Notes under the pieces: model-generated
Database searches by the model: none
What the model was told of the DNA's origin: nothing
What the model saw: only the letters and a program-made list of their open reading frames with translations
Position numbers and translations under genes: made by a program
From: an uncultured Candidatus Saccharibacteria bacterium
GTDB lineage: Bacteria > Patescibacteriota > Minisyncoccia > Phycocordibacterales > UBA1006
Length of the DNA stretch: 64,000 nucleotides
Direction of reading: 5' to 3'
Assembly (NCBI GenBank): GCA_964507625.1
Contig: CAZDPR010000002.1
Coordinates: 368 to 64,367, forward strand
In this document: piece by piece, positions 10,432-21,285 of the stretch
Numbering within the stretch: position 1 is the stretch's first letter
Layout: each line of letters begins with the position of its first letter

Positions 10432-11787
10432 ATGAAATCAAATAAATTATTTGCATGGATATTGTTATCTGTAATATTTTTTTCAAATATAAGTGTGGTA
10501 ACGCCTGTTTTTGCTCAAACCGCAGAACAAGACAAACTTCGTCAAGAATTACAAAAATTAGAGCAAGAGCTTGCTGCTGAGCAAAAAAAATTAGAGCAGC
10601 AACGAGCAATTTCCGGTTCTCTTTCAAAAGAAGTTGCTGCGCTCAATGCAGAAATTAAAAAGAAACAAGATGCCATTACTGCAAAAAACAGAACCTTACA
10701 ACAGTTATCAGGGAAAATAACTGAAAAAACTAAAACCATTGAAACATTAGAACAAAAACGTCGCCGTCAAGAAAATTCTTTGGCAGAAATTTTGCGTAAA
10801 AAAAATCAATTCGATAACTATACGCTCACGGAAATGCTTTTTTCAAAAGAATCACTTTCAGAATTTTTGTATGAAGTTGATCAGTTAGAATCAATTAATG
10901 CCGGAATACAGGAGTCGTTTGGAATTATTCGAGAAACAAAAAACAAAACGAGTAAAGAGCGAGAGTCTCTACAAGAACAGAGAGAAAAAGAGAATGATGT
11001 AAAATATGCATTGGAAGTAGAGAAAAAAAGTGTAGAGGTAACACAATCAGAAAAAAATAGAACACTCCAGGTAAGTAAAGGTCAAGAACAAAACTATGAA
11101 GCCGTTATTCGAGATCGACAAGCTCGTATTGCCCAGATTCGTGCCGAACTTATTCGATTCGAAGGTTCAGGTATTGAAAGTAGATCAATTTCTTTTGGAG
11201 AAGCGTACGACTATGCAAAAGCTGCTTCTGAAAAAACTGGAATACGGCCCGCTTTCATTTTAGCTATTATGCAACAAGAAACCAATTTTGGTAATAACGT
11301 TGGTGGTTGTTATCTCAGAAATGGAGAAACTGGTGAAGGGATTTATGTTCGTTCAGGAAATCCTTCACAAAGAAACATGGTTCCTGGAAATTTTGCAAAC
11401 TTTGTAAAAATAACAGAAAGTCTCGGCCGTGACTGGCGAACAACCCCTATTTCCTGTGCGCTTGTACGACCTGACGGAACAATCTTTGGTTTCGGTGGAG
11501 CGATGGGATATACACAATTTATTCCAAATACATGGATGAGTGTTGAGGCACGCGTGCGACAATTTACTGGAGCAAGTGTTGCAAATCCATGGAACCCACA
11601 ACACGCAGTATTTGCTACAGCTATATTTCTAAGAGATTTAGGAGCTCAATCACAAACCTATAGCGCAGAATATAATGCTGCTTGTCGTTATTATGGGGCA
11701 TGCTCAACCTATGGAACTTCGGTTATGACTAAGGCAGCGAACATACAAAAGACTATCGATCAATTGGAACAGTTAAGTCGTCGGTAA
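10432..11787 (+). CDS. secreted coiled-coil lytic murein transglycosylase
   Basis: Signal peptide, long coiled coil, AIMQQETNFG and GAMGYTQFIPNTW. Confidence 0.85.
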   Translation: MKSNKLFAWILLSVIFFSNISVVTPVFAQTAEQDKLRQELQKLEQELAAEQKKLEQQRAISGSLSKEVAALNAEIKKKQDAITAKNRTLQQLSGKITEKTKTIETLEQKRRRQENSLAEILRKKNQFDNYTLTEMLFSKESLSEFLYEVDQLESINAGIQESFGIIRETKNKTSKERESLQEQREKENDVKYALEVEKKSVEVTQSEKNRTLQVSKGQEQNYEAVIRDRQARIAQIRAELIRFEGSGIESRSISFGEAYDYAKAASEKTGIRPAFILAIMQQETNFGNNVGGCYLRNGETGEGIYVRSGNPSQRNMVPGNFANFVKITESLGRDWRTTPISCALVRPDGTIFGFGGAMGYTQFIPNTWMSVEARVRQFTGASVANPWNPQHAVFATAIFLRDLGAQSQTYSAEYNAACRYYGACSTYGTSVMTKAANIQKTIDQLEQLSRR

Positions 11788-11828
11788 TACTTGCAAAAAA
11801 TATAAAAAGATGCTATATTGTGAGTATT

Positions 11829-12089
11829 ATGAAAAAAGAAATCCATCCTCAAAACTATCGACAAGTTGTGTTTGTTGACGCAACTAATGGATCAATGTTC
11901 CTTGCTGGTTCTACTATTCCTACCAACGAAACCGTTGTTTATACTGACGGAAAAGAATACCCAAAGTGTGTAGTAGAAACTTCAAGCGCTTCTCATCCAT
12001 TTTATACAGGTCAAGAAAAACAGCTCGATACAGCAGGACGAGCAGAAAAATTCAAAGCTCGCGTTGCAAAAGCTGGAAAAAGAGCATAA
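11829..12089 (+). CDS. rpmE2: 50S ribosomal protein L31 type B
   Basis: MKKEIHP, SSASHPFYTG, GRAEKF; no CxxC. Confidence 0.93.
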   Translation: MKKEIHPQNYRQVVFVDATNGSMFLAGSTIPTNETVVYTDGKEYPKCVVETSSASHPFYTGQEKQLDTAGRAEKFKARVAKAGKRA

Positions 12090-12149
12090 TGTACAGCATC
12101 AGAAAAGCCATTCCAGAATATATTGGATGGCTTTTCTTATATTATTTTT

Positions 12150-13112
12150 ATGGATATACAATCATTAAAACAAAATCCTCGTACCCAATATTACGCTCAG
12201 GAATTGGAGCGTGTTTTGCGTGAACAAGAAGAAACAAAACAGCTCATTGAACATGACCCAAATCTTTCCGAAATTGCTGAGCAAGAATTGCGGCAGCTTG
12301 AAGAAACTCAAAAAATAATTGAATCTCAAATCCAAGAAATTTTAGATAAAGAAAAAGAGGAGGATGAGTTTCCTAACGAAATTGTTTTGGAGGTTCGCGC
12401 AGGTGCGGGTGGGGATGAGGCTTCAATTTTTGCACGAGACCTCGCAGAAATGTATGAACGATATGCAGAAAAAATGGGTTGGTCATGGCGAACCATTGAT
12501 ATTTCAGATAATGATCTAGGGGGGTATAAAGACGCATCATTTGAAGTAAAAGGACTTGATTGTTATAAATTACTCCAATATGAAACTGGTGCACATCGAG
12601 TTCAGAGAATTCCCGCAACAGAAAAACAGGGTCGTATTCATACGTCCACGGCAACGGTTGCTATTATGCCGATTCGTAAAAAAATTACCATTGAACTCGA
12701 TCCTGCTGAACTCGAATTTGAAACATCACGTGCAGGAGGAGCAGGAGGACAAAACGTAAACAAAGTAGAATCAGCGGTTCGTGTAATTCACAAACCAACC
12801 GGGATCAGTTTCCGATCAACCGTAGAACGATCACAATTAGCAAACAAGGAACGCGTATTAGACTTGCTTCGTGCAAAATTACAACAAATTCATGATGAGG
12901 AAGTTGCAAGTAAGGACTCTGCAAATCGTAAAAAACAAGTAGGATCGGGAGATCGGTCAGAAAAAATTAGAACGTATAACTATCCTCAGGATCGAATTAC
13001 AGACCATCGTATCCGACAAAACTTTTCAAATATTCCCAGTATTATGGCAGGGAATATTGATAAAATCTTGCAAGCACTTGCAGATGCAGAAAGCTTTGAA
13101 GATGGGGAATAA
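12150..13112 (+). CDS. prfA: peptide chain release factor 1
   Basis: PAT stop-recognition motif, [12 protein letters not shown]. Confidence 0.93.
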   Translation: MDIQSLKQNPRTQYYAQELERVLREQEETKQLIEHDPNLSEIAEQELRQLEETQKIIESQIQEILDKEKEEDEFPNEIVLEVRAGAGGDEASIFARDLAEMYERYAEKMGWSWRTIDISDNDLGGYKDASFEVKGLDCYKLLQYETGAHRVQRIPATEKQGRIHTSTATVAIMPIRKKITIELDPAELEFETSRAGGAGGQNVNKVESAVRVIHKPTGISFRSTVERSQLANKERVLDLLRAKLQQIHDEEVASKDSANRKKQVGSGDRSEKIRTYNYPQDRITDHRIRQNFSNIPSIMAGNIDKILQALADAESFEDGE

Positions 13113-13135
13113 AAAACACTTTCTGGAAGTGTTTT

Positions 13136-13855
13136 TTATTTTACAAATTTTGTAAATCGATCAACTCCAAACTGATCTAATACAGTTTCAGATTCTGGCA
13201 ATAACCGTTTTATTTCCTCTACTTGTTCTGGTTCGTGTTCGATCCATAAAATACCCTCAGATTTGAGGAAATTCGGGGCATTTTGGGCGATTTGCGTAAT
13301 AATCTGCATTCCGTCCTTCCCACCAAATAACGCCAGTTCTGGCTCAAATTTGAACACATTTTCACCAATTCTGTCAGATAGTGCTGGATCAATATAAGGA
13401 GGATTGGTAATAATAATATCGTAGGTATCGGTAATATTTTCAAATAAATCTCCACCGTAAATTTTTGCTCGATTTGTATCAATACCGTTTTCAGTAATAT
13501 TTTTTAAAATAGTGATGTGGTGCGATTCATCAAGTTCTGCAAAATCAACCGTACTTGTCGACAATGCTTTTAACAACGCAACACCAATACAGCCTGATCC
13601 GGCACACAAATCCAAGATTTTCAAATTTTGTTTATCTGATAATTCAGTAATAATTTTATTTACCAAGTATTCTGTTTCTGGACGGGGAATGAGAGGATGA
13701 GAGTCGAGGAAAATTTTTGTATTACAAAATGGTTGCCAGCCGATAACATATGCCAATGGTTCGCCTGATTCCAAACGCTTTAGATCGTTTTCAAATTCTG
13801 AAGTTTGTATTCCATTGTATTTATCTTGCAACAACCACTGTATTTCTTGATTCAT
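13136..13855 (-). CDS. prmC: release factor glutamine methyltransferase
   Basis: LIPRPETE, DLCAGSG, NPPY. Confidence 0.93.
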   Translation of the reverse strand: MNQEIQWLLQDKYNGIQTSEFENDLKRLESGEPLAYVIGWQPFCNTKIFLDSHPLIPRPETEYLVNKIITELSDKQNLKILDLCAGSGCIGVALLKALSTSTVDFAELDESHHITILKNITENGIDTNRAKIYGGDLFENITDTYDIIITNPPYIDPALSDRIGENVFKFEPELALFGGKDGMQIITQIAQNAPNFLKSEGILWIEHEPEQVEEIKRLLPESETVLDQFGVDRFTKFVK

Positions 13856-13936
13856 ATATTTATAACTGTACTGATTAAAATTATATTGTAAACAAAAAAA
13901 AGGGACCCCCGGGTCCCTTTATGTTTTTTGAAAGAA

Positions 13937-14554
13937 TTACCAAATCCAATCTTTTTTAGTTTTGGCAATTTTTGTGATTAATCCAATCTCTAGCGCCTTT
14001 TTTGCCGAGATAGGGTACTCGGTTCTTTCGCCGGTTTTTTCAAGTTCTATAATTTGTGATGTCGTAATTTTTAATCGACTAGCAAGGGTATCAAGAAACA
14101 TTCCTTCTGTGTGCCTATGTTCTTCTAGGGCTATATTCACCTGCTCCTCTGGTGAGACGTTATATCCATGATTAAACTTAACACTAACACCACCTGCACC
14201 AGCATGGAATAAAAAATCAGAAGCTGGAAGAGCTATTCTATTTCTGCACGCAGATAGTATCAAAATACCCGATGAGTGACACCTACTCTGCACATAACCA
14301 TCAACTGGCGCTTTCGAGAAAAGAATTGCATCATAAATCTTAAGAGCAGACCTCACTTGTCCGCCATTTGTGTCTATGAGAATTTTAATCTCCCGCTTTG
14401 GATTAATAGCGTTAAGCACGGCAATATGCGTAATTACATATTCTTCCAAATCATCATCAATTTCAGAAGATATTGGAATAATACGATTACTAAAGACCAT
14501 GTCCTGATATGCATCTGGATCAATTTTTGTAAGAAATTTAACTAATTCCTCCAT
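13937..14554 (-). CDS. divergent ClpP-like peptidase subunit
   Basis: IDTNGG, CHSSG (Ser), FLFH (His), SAKKALEIGLI. Confidence 0.75.
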   Translation of the reverse strand: MEELVKFLTKIDPDAYQDMVFSNRIIPISSEIDDDLEEYVITHIAVLNAINPKREIKILIDTNGGQVRSALKIYDAILFSKAPVDGYVQSRCHSSGILILSACRNRIALPASDFLFHAGAGGVSVKFNHGYNVSPEEQVNIALEEHRHTEGMFLDTLASRLKITTSQIIELEKTGERTEYPISAKKALEIGLITKIAKTKKDWIW

Positions 14555-14613
14555 TTTTTTGTTTTAGTTGTGAAAAAATAATTTCTATGTTAAAATAGCA
14601 CAATATATAATTT

Positions 14614-15330
14614 ATGTCAATAAAAATTGGGAAACTCTATATCGTTGCAACACCTATCGGAAATTTGGCCGATATGACTTTTCGCGCGGTTGAAGTACTC
14701 AAATCAGTAGACTATATTTTATGTGAAGACACCAGAACTACTGGATCATTACTCAAACACTATGCAATTCCAAATAAAAATCAGGCAGGGCAGAGTAAAT
14801 TAATGAGTTTCCACGCTCATTCAAAACTCACCAAGGTAAACCAGATTATTGCACTCATCGAACAGGGGAAAAATTGTGCACTTGTTTCTGACGCAGGAAC
14901 ACCATGTATATCAGATCCGGGGGTAATGCTGGTTGCAGAATTGCAAAAACATTTTGGGAACGAATTTATCACTTCACCAATCCCTGGCCCCAGCGCGATG
15001 ATCTCTGCACTATCTGCATCAGGATTACCAGCTCATGAATTTGTTTGGAAAGGATTTATTCCTCATAAAAAAGGTCGGGAAACATTTTTTAAAGAAATTG
15101 TAGAAACAAAAACTACGATTGTTTTTTATGAATCAGTACATCGATTTATGAAAACACTTGAATCACTGGTAGAGCATGTACCGGATCGAACCGTAGTTAT
15201 CGCAAGAGAAATTACTAAACTATTTGAAGAATTTAAAAAGGGAACTCCTGCTGAACTAATAAATTATTACACAACACATCCTGATAAAGTAAAAGGTGAA
15301 TTTGTTATTATGGTTGGACCAAAAAAATAA
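14614..15330 (+). CDS. rsmI: 16S rRNA C1402 2'-O-methyltransferase
   Basis: LYIVATPIGNL, CEDTR, SDAGTPCISDPG, AREITK. Confidence 0.95.
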   Translation: MSIKIGKLYIVATPIGNLADMTFRAVEVLKSVDYILCEDTRTTGSLLKHYAIPNKNQAGQSKLMSFHAHSKLTKVNQIIALIEQGKNCALVSDAGTPCISDPGVMLVAELQKHFGNEFITSPIPGPSAMISALSASGLPAHEFVWKGFIPHKKGRETFFKEIVETKTTIVFYESVHRFMKTLESLVEHVPDRTVVIAREITKLFEEFKKGTPAELINYYTTHPDKVKGEFVIMVGPKK

Positions 15331-15377
15331 CCCGGAAGGTTGTTTTTTGTTTTAAGGATATGTTACAATACTAACAT

Positions 15378-15662
15378 ATGAAACAAGCTCGATTTATTAT
15401 TTTTATAGGAATATGGGTTATTATTATATCAATATTAGGAATACCAATTCATGTCAAAAAGATACTGATCATTATTCCGAGCATCTTTTTAATAGCTATA
15501 GGGATTACTGAATTGCGAACGGCAAAAAAAATAGCAAGTCAATTTGATCCAAGTCAAGAGGAACTTATTACTGAAATTGCTGGGGACATTGCAGAAGATA
15601 TTTTAGAAGAATCAGTAGAAGCAACGAAGCAGGAGATGAGACATTTACGAGATATATTATAA
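15378..15662 (+). CDS. small two-TM hypothetical protein
   Basis: ORF with a -10 box just upstream. Confidence 0.6.
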   Translation: MKQARFIIFIGIWVIIISILGIPIHVKKILIIIPSIFLIAIGITELRTAKKIASQFDPSQEELITEIAGDIAEDILEESVEATKQEMRHLRDIL

Positions 15663-15680
15663 ATTTTATTTTTATTTTTT

Positions 15681-16874
15681 ATGGATAAAAAGGTTACTGT
15701 TTTTACAACTATACTCGGGGTTATGATAGTAATCTTTTTTGTGATTGGAATTGTATATGGAGGTAATACTTCATTAAAATTACAAAACCCTAAAAAGCAG
15801 ACACAGGAAAGTATTAGTACAATGGAAGAAGAAATACATATAATTACTGAAGAACAAATACAAGGAGTTACAGAAGATATTGAAATAATTACAACCCCTC
15901 ATCAAAAAACACCAAGTGAAGTTCGTGCAGTATATATGAGCGCGTGGGTTGCAAGTACGCCAAGTATACGAAATAAGCTTGTTGATTTTATAATAAATAA
16001 TAATATTAATAGTGTTGTTATTGATATTAAGGATGCGACCGGGAGAGTTTCATTTCTCATAAATGATCCAGTTGTTAATGAAATAGGTTCACCAAGAAAT
16101 CTTGTGAAAGATATGTCTGATTTTATCACATCGCTCCACGATAAAGGAATTTATGTCATTGGTCGTATTTCAGTATTTCAAGATCCATACCTTACAGAAA
16201 AAAGACCAGAGTGGGCAATTCAAAGTAAGTCAACAGGAAAACCCTGGAAAGACAAAAAAGGTCTTTCATTTCTAGATCCTACTAATGAGTCAGTTTGGGA
16301 TTATACTTTTAGAATTGCTCAAGCATCACATGATATTGGTTTTGATGAAATAAATTTTGACTATATTCGATTTCCTTCAGATGGTAATATAGCAGATATT
16401 CAATATCCTCAATCAATAGGAACAAAATCTGATGCAATTGAGCAATTTTTTAAAGCGTTGTATAATCGTTTTTCCAATACTCATATTATTACCTCCGCAG
16501 ATCTCTTTGGAATGACTACAAACAATACTGATGATTTAGGAATTGGTCAAGTTTTAGAGAAGGCACTGCCATATTTTGATTACATATCACCAATGATTTA
16601 TCCTTCTCATTATCCTCCGAATTTTTATGGATATGCAAATCCTGCTGCAAAGCCATACGAAATAATAACAATAGCAATGAAACGAGGTATTGAACGTGCT
16701 CAACTAATGGGGTATGGTCCAGAAAAATTTAGACCTTGGATTCAGGATTTTGACATGGGTGCAACCTACACAAAAGAAATGGTACAATTACAAATACAGG
16801 CACTTAAAGACCTTGGTATACAGAGTTACATGTCATGGGATCCGAGTAATGCATATACACATGGAGCATATTAA
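15681..16874 (+). CDS. putative glycoside hydrolase (DUF4015-like TIM barrel)
   Basis: VVIDIKD, GFDEINFDYIRFP, PMIYPSHY, RPWIQDF. Confidence 0.8.
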   Translation: MDKKVTVFTTILGVMIVIFFVIGIVYGGNTSLKLQNPKKQTQESISTMEEEIHIITEEQIQGVTEDIEIITTPHQKTPSEVRAVYMSAWVASTPSIRNKLVDFIINNNINSVVIDIKDATGRVSFLINDPVVNEIGSPRNLVKDMSDFITSLHDKGIYVIGRISVFQDPYLTEKRPEWAIQSKSTGKPWKDKKGLSFLDPTNESVWDYTFRIAQASHDIGFDEINFDYIRFPSDGNIADIQYPQSIGTKSDAIEQFFKALYNRFSNTHIITSADLFGMTTNNTDDLGIGQVLEKALPYFDYISPMIYPSHYPPNFYGYANPAAKPYEIITIAMKRGIERAQLMGYGPEKFRPWIQDFDMGATYTKEMVQLQIQALKDLGIQSYMSWDPSNAYTHGAY

Positions 16875-16899
16875 TATATAAATATAATATTTTTTAATT

Positions 16900-18102
16900 A
16901 TGAATCAAGAAAGCTATCAAAAATTAATAAAAAAAATTCTAATAACGTTGGGAGTATTAGGAGTTTTTGCTGTGGGAATTTTTGTTGGTAAAATTTCTGA
17001 CGCAAAACATGAGATAATACAACCAGAAACACTAGGTATTTCTTCTACCAAAGATTTTGCACAATTTTGGAATGTCTGGAAATTGTTAAATGAAAAATTT
17101 CCTTTTAAAGAAAAAATTCCTACTGACACAGAAAGAATTTATGGTGCCATTTCTGGAATGGTTGGATCCTTCAAAGATCCATACACTTCTTTTTTTCCGC
17201 CACGACAGGCTAAAATGTTTTTAGAAGATGTTGAAGGTGAATTTGGAGGTATTGGAGCAGAAGTTGGTATGCGTGATGGATTAATAACTATTATTACACC
17301 AATGAAAAATTCTCCTGCCGAAAAAGCAGGTTTGCAATCTGGAGATATTGTTGTCAAAATTAATGGTACCACGACTGAAAATATGTTAGTAGATGAAGCA
17401 GTCTCAATCATTCGGGGGCCGGTAGATTCGAAAGTCGTTCTCACTATTGGGAGACCGGAAACAGGATCGGTATTTGACGTTGAAATAACAAGAGGGCTCA
17501 TTAATATTCCAGTGATCGAAACAAAAAAAGAAGGCGATGTTTTTATTATTAATTTTTATACATTTTCAGCACAGTCTGCAAATTTATTCAGAGATGCATT
17601 ACAAGAATTTAAAAATTCTGGAAGCAATAAACTGATTATTGATTTACGAAATAACCCTGGTGGATATCTTAATGCCTCAATTGATATTGCAAGTTATTTC
17701 CTACCACAAGGAAAAATAATACTTCGTGAAGACCAAGGTTCAGGAAAACCTGAATTAGTCTATCGAAGTATTGGTTCAGATATTGTTTTGCCAAAAGGAT
17801 TTCAATTAATATTATTAGTGAATGAAGGGTCTGCATCAGCTTCTGAAATTCTTGCAGGAGCAATTTCTGAACATAAAGCTGGTAAGGTAGTAGGAGTGAA
17901 AACGTTCGGTAAAGGGTCTGTTCAGGAGCTGGTACCACTCAGTGATGGTTCTTCGGTAAAAATTACCGTAGCGCAGTGGTTAACACCAAACGGTGTCTCT
18001 ATTTCTGAAAAAGGAATTACCCCTGATTATATTGTTTCAGAAAAATCTTCTGAAAAAAATTTAGATCCTATTTTAAAAAAGGCGTTATCATTATTCAAAT
18101 AA
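16900..18102 (+). CDS. ctpA: S41 C-terminal processing peptidase
   Basis: PDZ domain, DLRNNPGG, SASASEI, TFGKGSVQ. Confidence 0.93.
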   Translation: MNQESYQKLIKKILITLGVLGVFAVGIFVGKISDAKHEIIQPETLGISSTKDFAQFWNVWKLLNEKFPFKEKIPTDTERIYGAISGMVGSFKDPYTSFFPPRQAKMFLEDVEGEFGGIGAEVGMRDGLITIITPMKNSPAEKAGLQSGDIVVKINGTTTENMLVDEAVSIIRGPVDSKVVLTIGRPETGSVFDVEITRGLINIPVIETKKEGDVFIINFYTFSAQSANLFRDALQEFKNSGSNKLIIDLRNNPGGYLNASIDIASYFLPQGKIILREDQGSGKPELVYRSIGSDIVLPKGFQLILLVNEGSASASEILAGAISEHKAGKVVGVKTFGKGSVQELVPLSDGSSVKITVAQWLTPNGVSISEKGITPDYIVSEKSSEKNLDPILKKALSLFK

Positions 18103-18115
18103 ATTCAAGAAAAAT

Positions 18116-18556
18116 ATGAAAGTTTTATTTATAAAACATTTACGAGGAAAGGGAAGTATTGGTGATATTAAAGAAGTTCCAGATGGGTATGGTACGAATT
18201 TTCTTATTACTCAAGGGTATGCGGTAAAGGCAACCGAAGAAATTATTAAAAAATATAAACAAGCACAGCAAGAAAAGGAGAAGGAGGAACAAGAGGAATT
18301 AATGAAAATTAAAGAAATTATTAATTTTATTAATGGAAAACAAATAATTATTTATGTTGCCCAAAAAGATCAATCAGGGAAATTATATAAAAGTATTTCA
18401 ATAAATGAATTACTAATTGAGGTAAAAAAACAATTAGGAGTTCAATTGCAAAAAAATTTTATTCAGTATCAAAAACCTATTAAAGAAATTGGTAATCATA
18501 CTATTTTGATACAGTATAAAAACATTGCAGGAAAAATAAATATTGATATAAAATAA
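18116..18556 (+). CDS. rplI: 50S ribosomal protein L9
   Basis: GDIKEVPDGYGTNFL, PIKEIGNH. Confidence 0.9.
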   Translation: MKVLFIKHLRGKGSIGDIKEVPDGYGTNFLITQGYAVKATEEIIKKYKQAQQEKEKEEQEELMKIKEIINFINGKQIIIYVAQKDQSGKLYKSISINELLIEVKKQLGVQLQKNFIQYQKPIKEIGNHTILIQYKNIAGKINIDIK

Positions 18557-18584
18557 AAAAATCCCTTATAGGGATTTTTTTATT

Positions 18585-18857
18585 TTATATCACATTCGCT
18601 ACTTTTTTATTAGTGGTAGTTCCATTAAATTTTTGTTGTCGTTTAGTAGAAAATTTTACAGTACCTGCCTTATCGGCATATAATGTATGATCTTTACCAA
18701 TACGAACATTTTTACCAGCAATAATTCGCGTACCACGTTGACGGACAATGATTGAACCAGCAGATGCTTGTTCACCATCATACAATTTAGTACCCAAATA
18801 TTTTGGATTTGAATCTGAAAGGTTTTTAGCAGTACCTCCTGCTTTTCTTGTTGCCAT
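18585..18857 (-). CDS. rpmA: 50S ribosomal protein L27
   Basis: [18 protein letters not shown]. Confidence 0.97.
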   Translation of the reverse strand: MATRKAGGTAKNLSDSNPKYLGTKLYDGEQASAGSIIVRQRGTRIIAGKNVRIGKDHTLYADKAGTVKFSTKRQQKFNGTTTNKKVANVI

Positions 18858-18949
18858 ATGATTTGATAAATATTACTTATTTTTAATAATTATGCTATAC
18901 TTTCCAGTATAACTTAAATTTAAAAAATAATCAAGCACTCTTACACTAT

Positions 18950-19369
18950 ATGGATATAGAAAAGAAAATCATCTCTTTTATTAAAAAACCACAGATAATG
19001 AGAATTGTCTACTTTTTGGGATGTATGATTATTTCGTATATGTTTGGTATATTTACCTATAAATATTATGTAGATCAAAATTTTTCTCCGATTATAGAAC
19101 TTCCAAAACAACCTGTTCCACTGACACTACAATATATAAATAGGAATATGTTTAATGAATTTGATGAATTACCAGCAGTAGAGGAGGGTAGTAATACACA
19201 AAATCAATCAGTGGGTCAAAAAAATTTTGTTGCATCAAAGTCGGGTGAGAAATACTATCCAATAGACTGTGGATCAGTGTCTCGGATAAAAGAAGAAAAT
19301 AAGGTATTTTTTGCCACAGCACAAGAAGCTGAATCAAAAGGATATGAACGTTCTGCAACATGTAATTAA
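18950..19369 (+). CDS. membrane protein with Ada metal-binding-like C-terminal domain
   Basis: FVASKSGEKYY..DC....IKEENKVFF.T..EAE..GY. Confidence 0.7.
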   Translation: MDIEKKIISFIKKPQIMRIVYFLGCMIISYMFGIFTYKYYVDQNFSPIIELPKQPVPLTLQYINRNMFNEFDELPAVEEGSNTQNQSVGQKNFVASKSGEKYYPIDCGSVSRIKEENKVFFATAQEAESKGYERSATCN

Positions 19370-19378
19370 AGGGTATTT

Positions 19379-20251
19379 ATGAAAAATATATTACTATTAT
19401 TCACACTATTATGTATTCTACAATTTTCATTGAGTAATGGAGTTTCTTTTGTTTTTTCAAAAACTCCTCGGGAACCCCTAGAAAATATAATTATCGATGA
19501 AATTGATACATTATTAGTACTAGAGAAATCAGAAGCGCTCACTGGTAATATTATTCCTTTTGATACTACTGTAGTTATCAATAAAATTACATCAGATCAA
19601 ATAATCTATTATGTAAACCAAGAAAGAAGTAAGCATGACTTACTGCCAATAAACTTCAATACTCTACTTAGTTTTTCTGCATATGAAAAACTGCTTGACA
19701 TGAGGAATAATAATTACTTTTCATATATATCTCCTTATGAACCGAAAAGGGATTTTGCTGATTTTATTAAAGATGAGGGATATGATTTTTTACGAGTAAG
19801 TGAAAATCTTGCTTTTGGATATTTTAATTCAGCATCAGAAGTTGTTAATGAATGGATGAAAAATAAGCAGCATCGTGCAAATATACTCTATCCAGACTGG
19901 AAAGATGTTGGAGTTTCTGTATATCAGAATATTGATGGATCTTATTATATAGTGCAACACTTTGGAGTTAAGAAAAAAACTTGCCCTGAATTAACGCCTG
20001 GAATAAAAAATGAAATACAAAAAATAGAATCAATTGCATTAAAGCTTAAAAAAGACCTAGACTTATTAGAACAACAAATATTAGAAAGGGAAGAGGATTT
20101 TAGTCTAACAACAGAAAAAGATAACGAATTGATTAGTAAATATAATTTAACAATTAAAGAATATAACGCAAATGTAGAATATTATACAAAACTTATTAAT
20201 GATTATAATGAAGAAGTTGATACTATTGAAAAATGTAAAAGTTTAAGGTAA
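19379..20251 (+). CDS. CAP/SCP domain secreted protein
   Basis: NQER, ENLA, WMKNKQHRANIL, VQHFG. Confidence 0.85.
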   Translation: MKNILLLFTLLCILQFSLSNGVSFVFSKTPREPLENIIIDEIDTLLVLEKSEALTGNIIPFDTTVVINKITSDQIIYYVNQERSKHDLLPINFNTLLSFSAYEKLLDMRNNNYFSYISPYEPKRDFADFIKDEGYDFLRVSENLAFGYFNSASEVVNEWMKNKQHRANILYPDWKDVGVSVYQNIDGSYYIVQHFGVKKKTCPELTPGIKNEIQKIESIALKLKKDLDLLEQQILEREEDFSLTTEKDNELISKYNLTIKEYNANVEYYTKLINDYNEEVDTIEKCKSLR

Positions 20252-20314
20252 GACGATTAAAAACAGGGGGGGGTGGGAGACCTGTTTTTAGTTTATGCTT
20301 ATTTTTTATATATA

Positions 20315-20342
20315 ATGTCGCACAATATATCTTTTACGACAT
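20315..20342. other. candidate dif site (Xer recombination site at the replication terminus)
   Basis: 11-6-11 layout ATGTCGCACAA-TATATC-TTTTACGACAT within a 12-bp inverted repeat (20309-20348), at the + to - gene orientation switch. Confidence 0.7.
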
Positions 20343-20423
20343 TATATAACAAATTAATAATAAATAATAAAAAACTTCTGACCATAAAGTACGATCAGAA
20401 GCTATGATAGCTTATTCTATTGC

Positions 20424-20813
20424 TCAATCAGTGTCTGAGAGTTTCTTGATATCTACACAGTTATCTATAATAATTTCTTCATTTTCTTGAATAAATGCGG
20501 TATCTCCTTTATTCCAAAAAATTAAAGTTTCATCTGGATTAATATAGCGAGCTCCTGATGCTGATATTGTTTGACTAAGGGTTATTTTTCGTTCGCCATT
20601 GTTAATATTTAGATCTACACTGTTCCCCTGCAGACTTTTTTTAAATACTGCGGATACATTGATATTATAATCACATACAAATATGGCAACTATTTCATTG
20701 GGTTCAATTACAGGGTCAATAATAATTTTAATATCATCTCTTTGTGATATAAAAAAAGCCACGACCGTTAAAATGATTACAATAATAAATACTAGTATTG
20801 TATTTCTACGCAT
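20424..20813 (-). CDS. MliC/PliC family lysozyme inhibitor-like protein
   Basis: SASGARY...FWNKG motif. Confidence 0.85.
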   Translation of the reverse strand: MRRNTILVFIIVIILTVVAFFISQRDDIKIIIDPVIEPNEIVAIFVCDYNINVSAVFKKSLQGNSVDLNINNGERKITLSQTISASGARYINPDETLIFWNKGDTAFIQENEEIIIDNCVDIKKLSDTD

Positions 20814-21267
20814 AATATTTGCTTCTTAATAAATTGAGAATATTTTTTAAATCATACCCGTGAGTATCCGGTGCCACTTTTGACAATACTTCAACAACTT
20901 TACCTTGAGGATCAATAATATATGTCATGCGTTTTGTTGCGTTCGTGTCTAAATTTATTGCATGATACTTTTTAATTATTTCCTTGTCGGGATCTGAGAG
21001 TAATATGAATGGTAAAGAATGTTTTTCTTTAAATTTTTTATGAGAAAGTACTGAATCATTTGAGATACCAATGATTACGGTATCAGCTTCAAAATCTGAA
21101 TACGTGTCACGAATACTGCATGCCTGACGTGTACATCCAGGAGTATTATCTTTTGGATAAAAATAAATAATAATAAATTTACCTAAAAATTCTTTTAACG
21201 ATCGTTTTTTCCCTGTATCGTCTAAAAGTGCAAAATTTGGTGCTTTTGTGCCAATTTTAAATGACAT
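20806..21267 (-). CDS. bcp: peroxiredoxin Bcp/PrxQ
   Basis: YFYPKDNTPGCTRQAC. Confidence 0.92.
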   Translation of the reverse strand: MSFKIGTKAPNFALLDDTGKKRSLKEFLGKFIIIYFYPKDNTPGCTRQACSIRDTYSDFEADTVIIGISNDSVLSHKKFKEKHSLPFILLSDPDKEIIKKYHAINLDTNATKRMTYIIDPQGKVVEVLSKVAPDTHGYDLKNILNLLRSKYYA

Positions 21268-21285
21268 ATAAATTTTTGTAGGATA

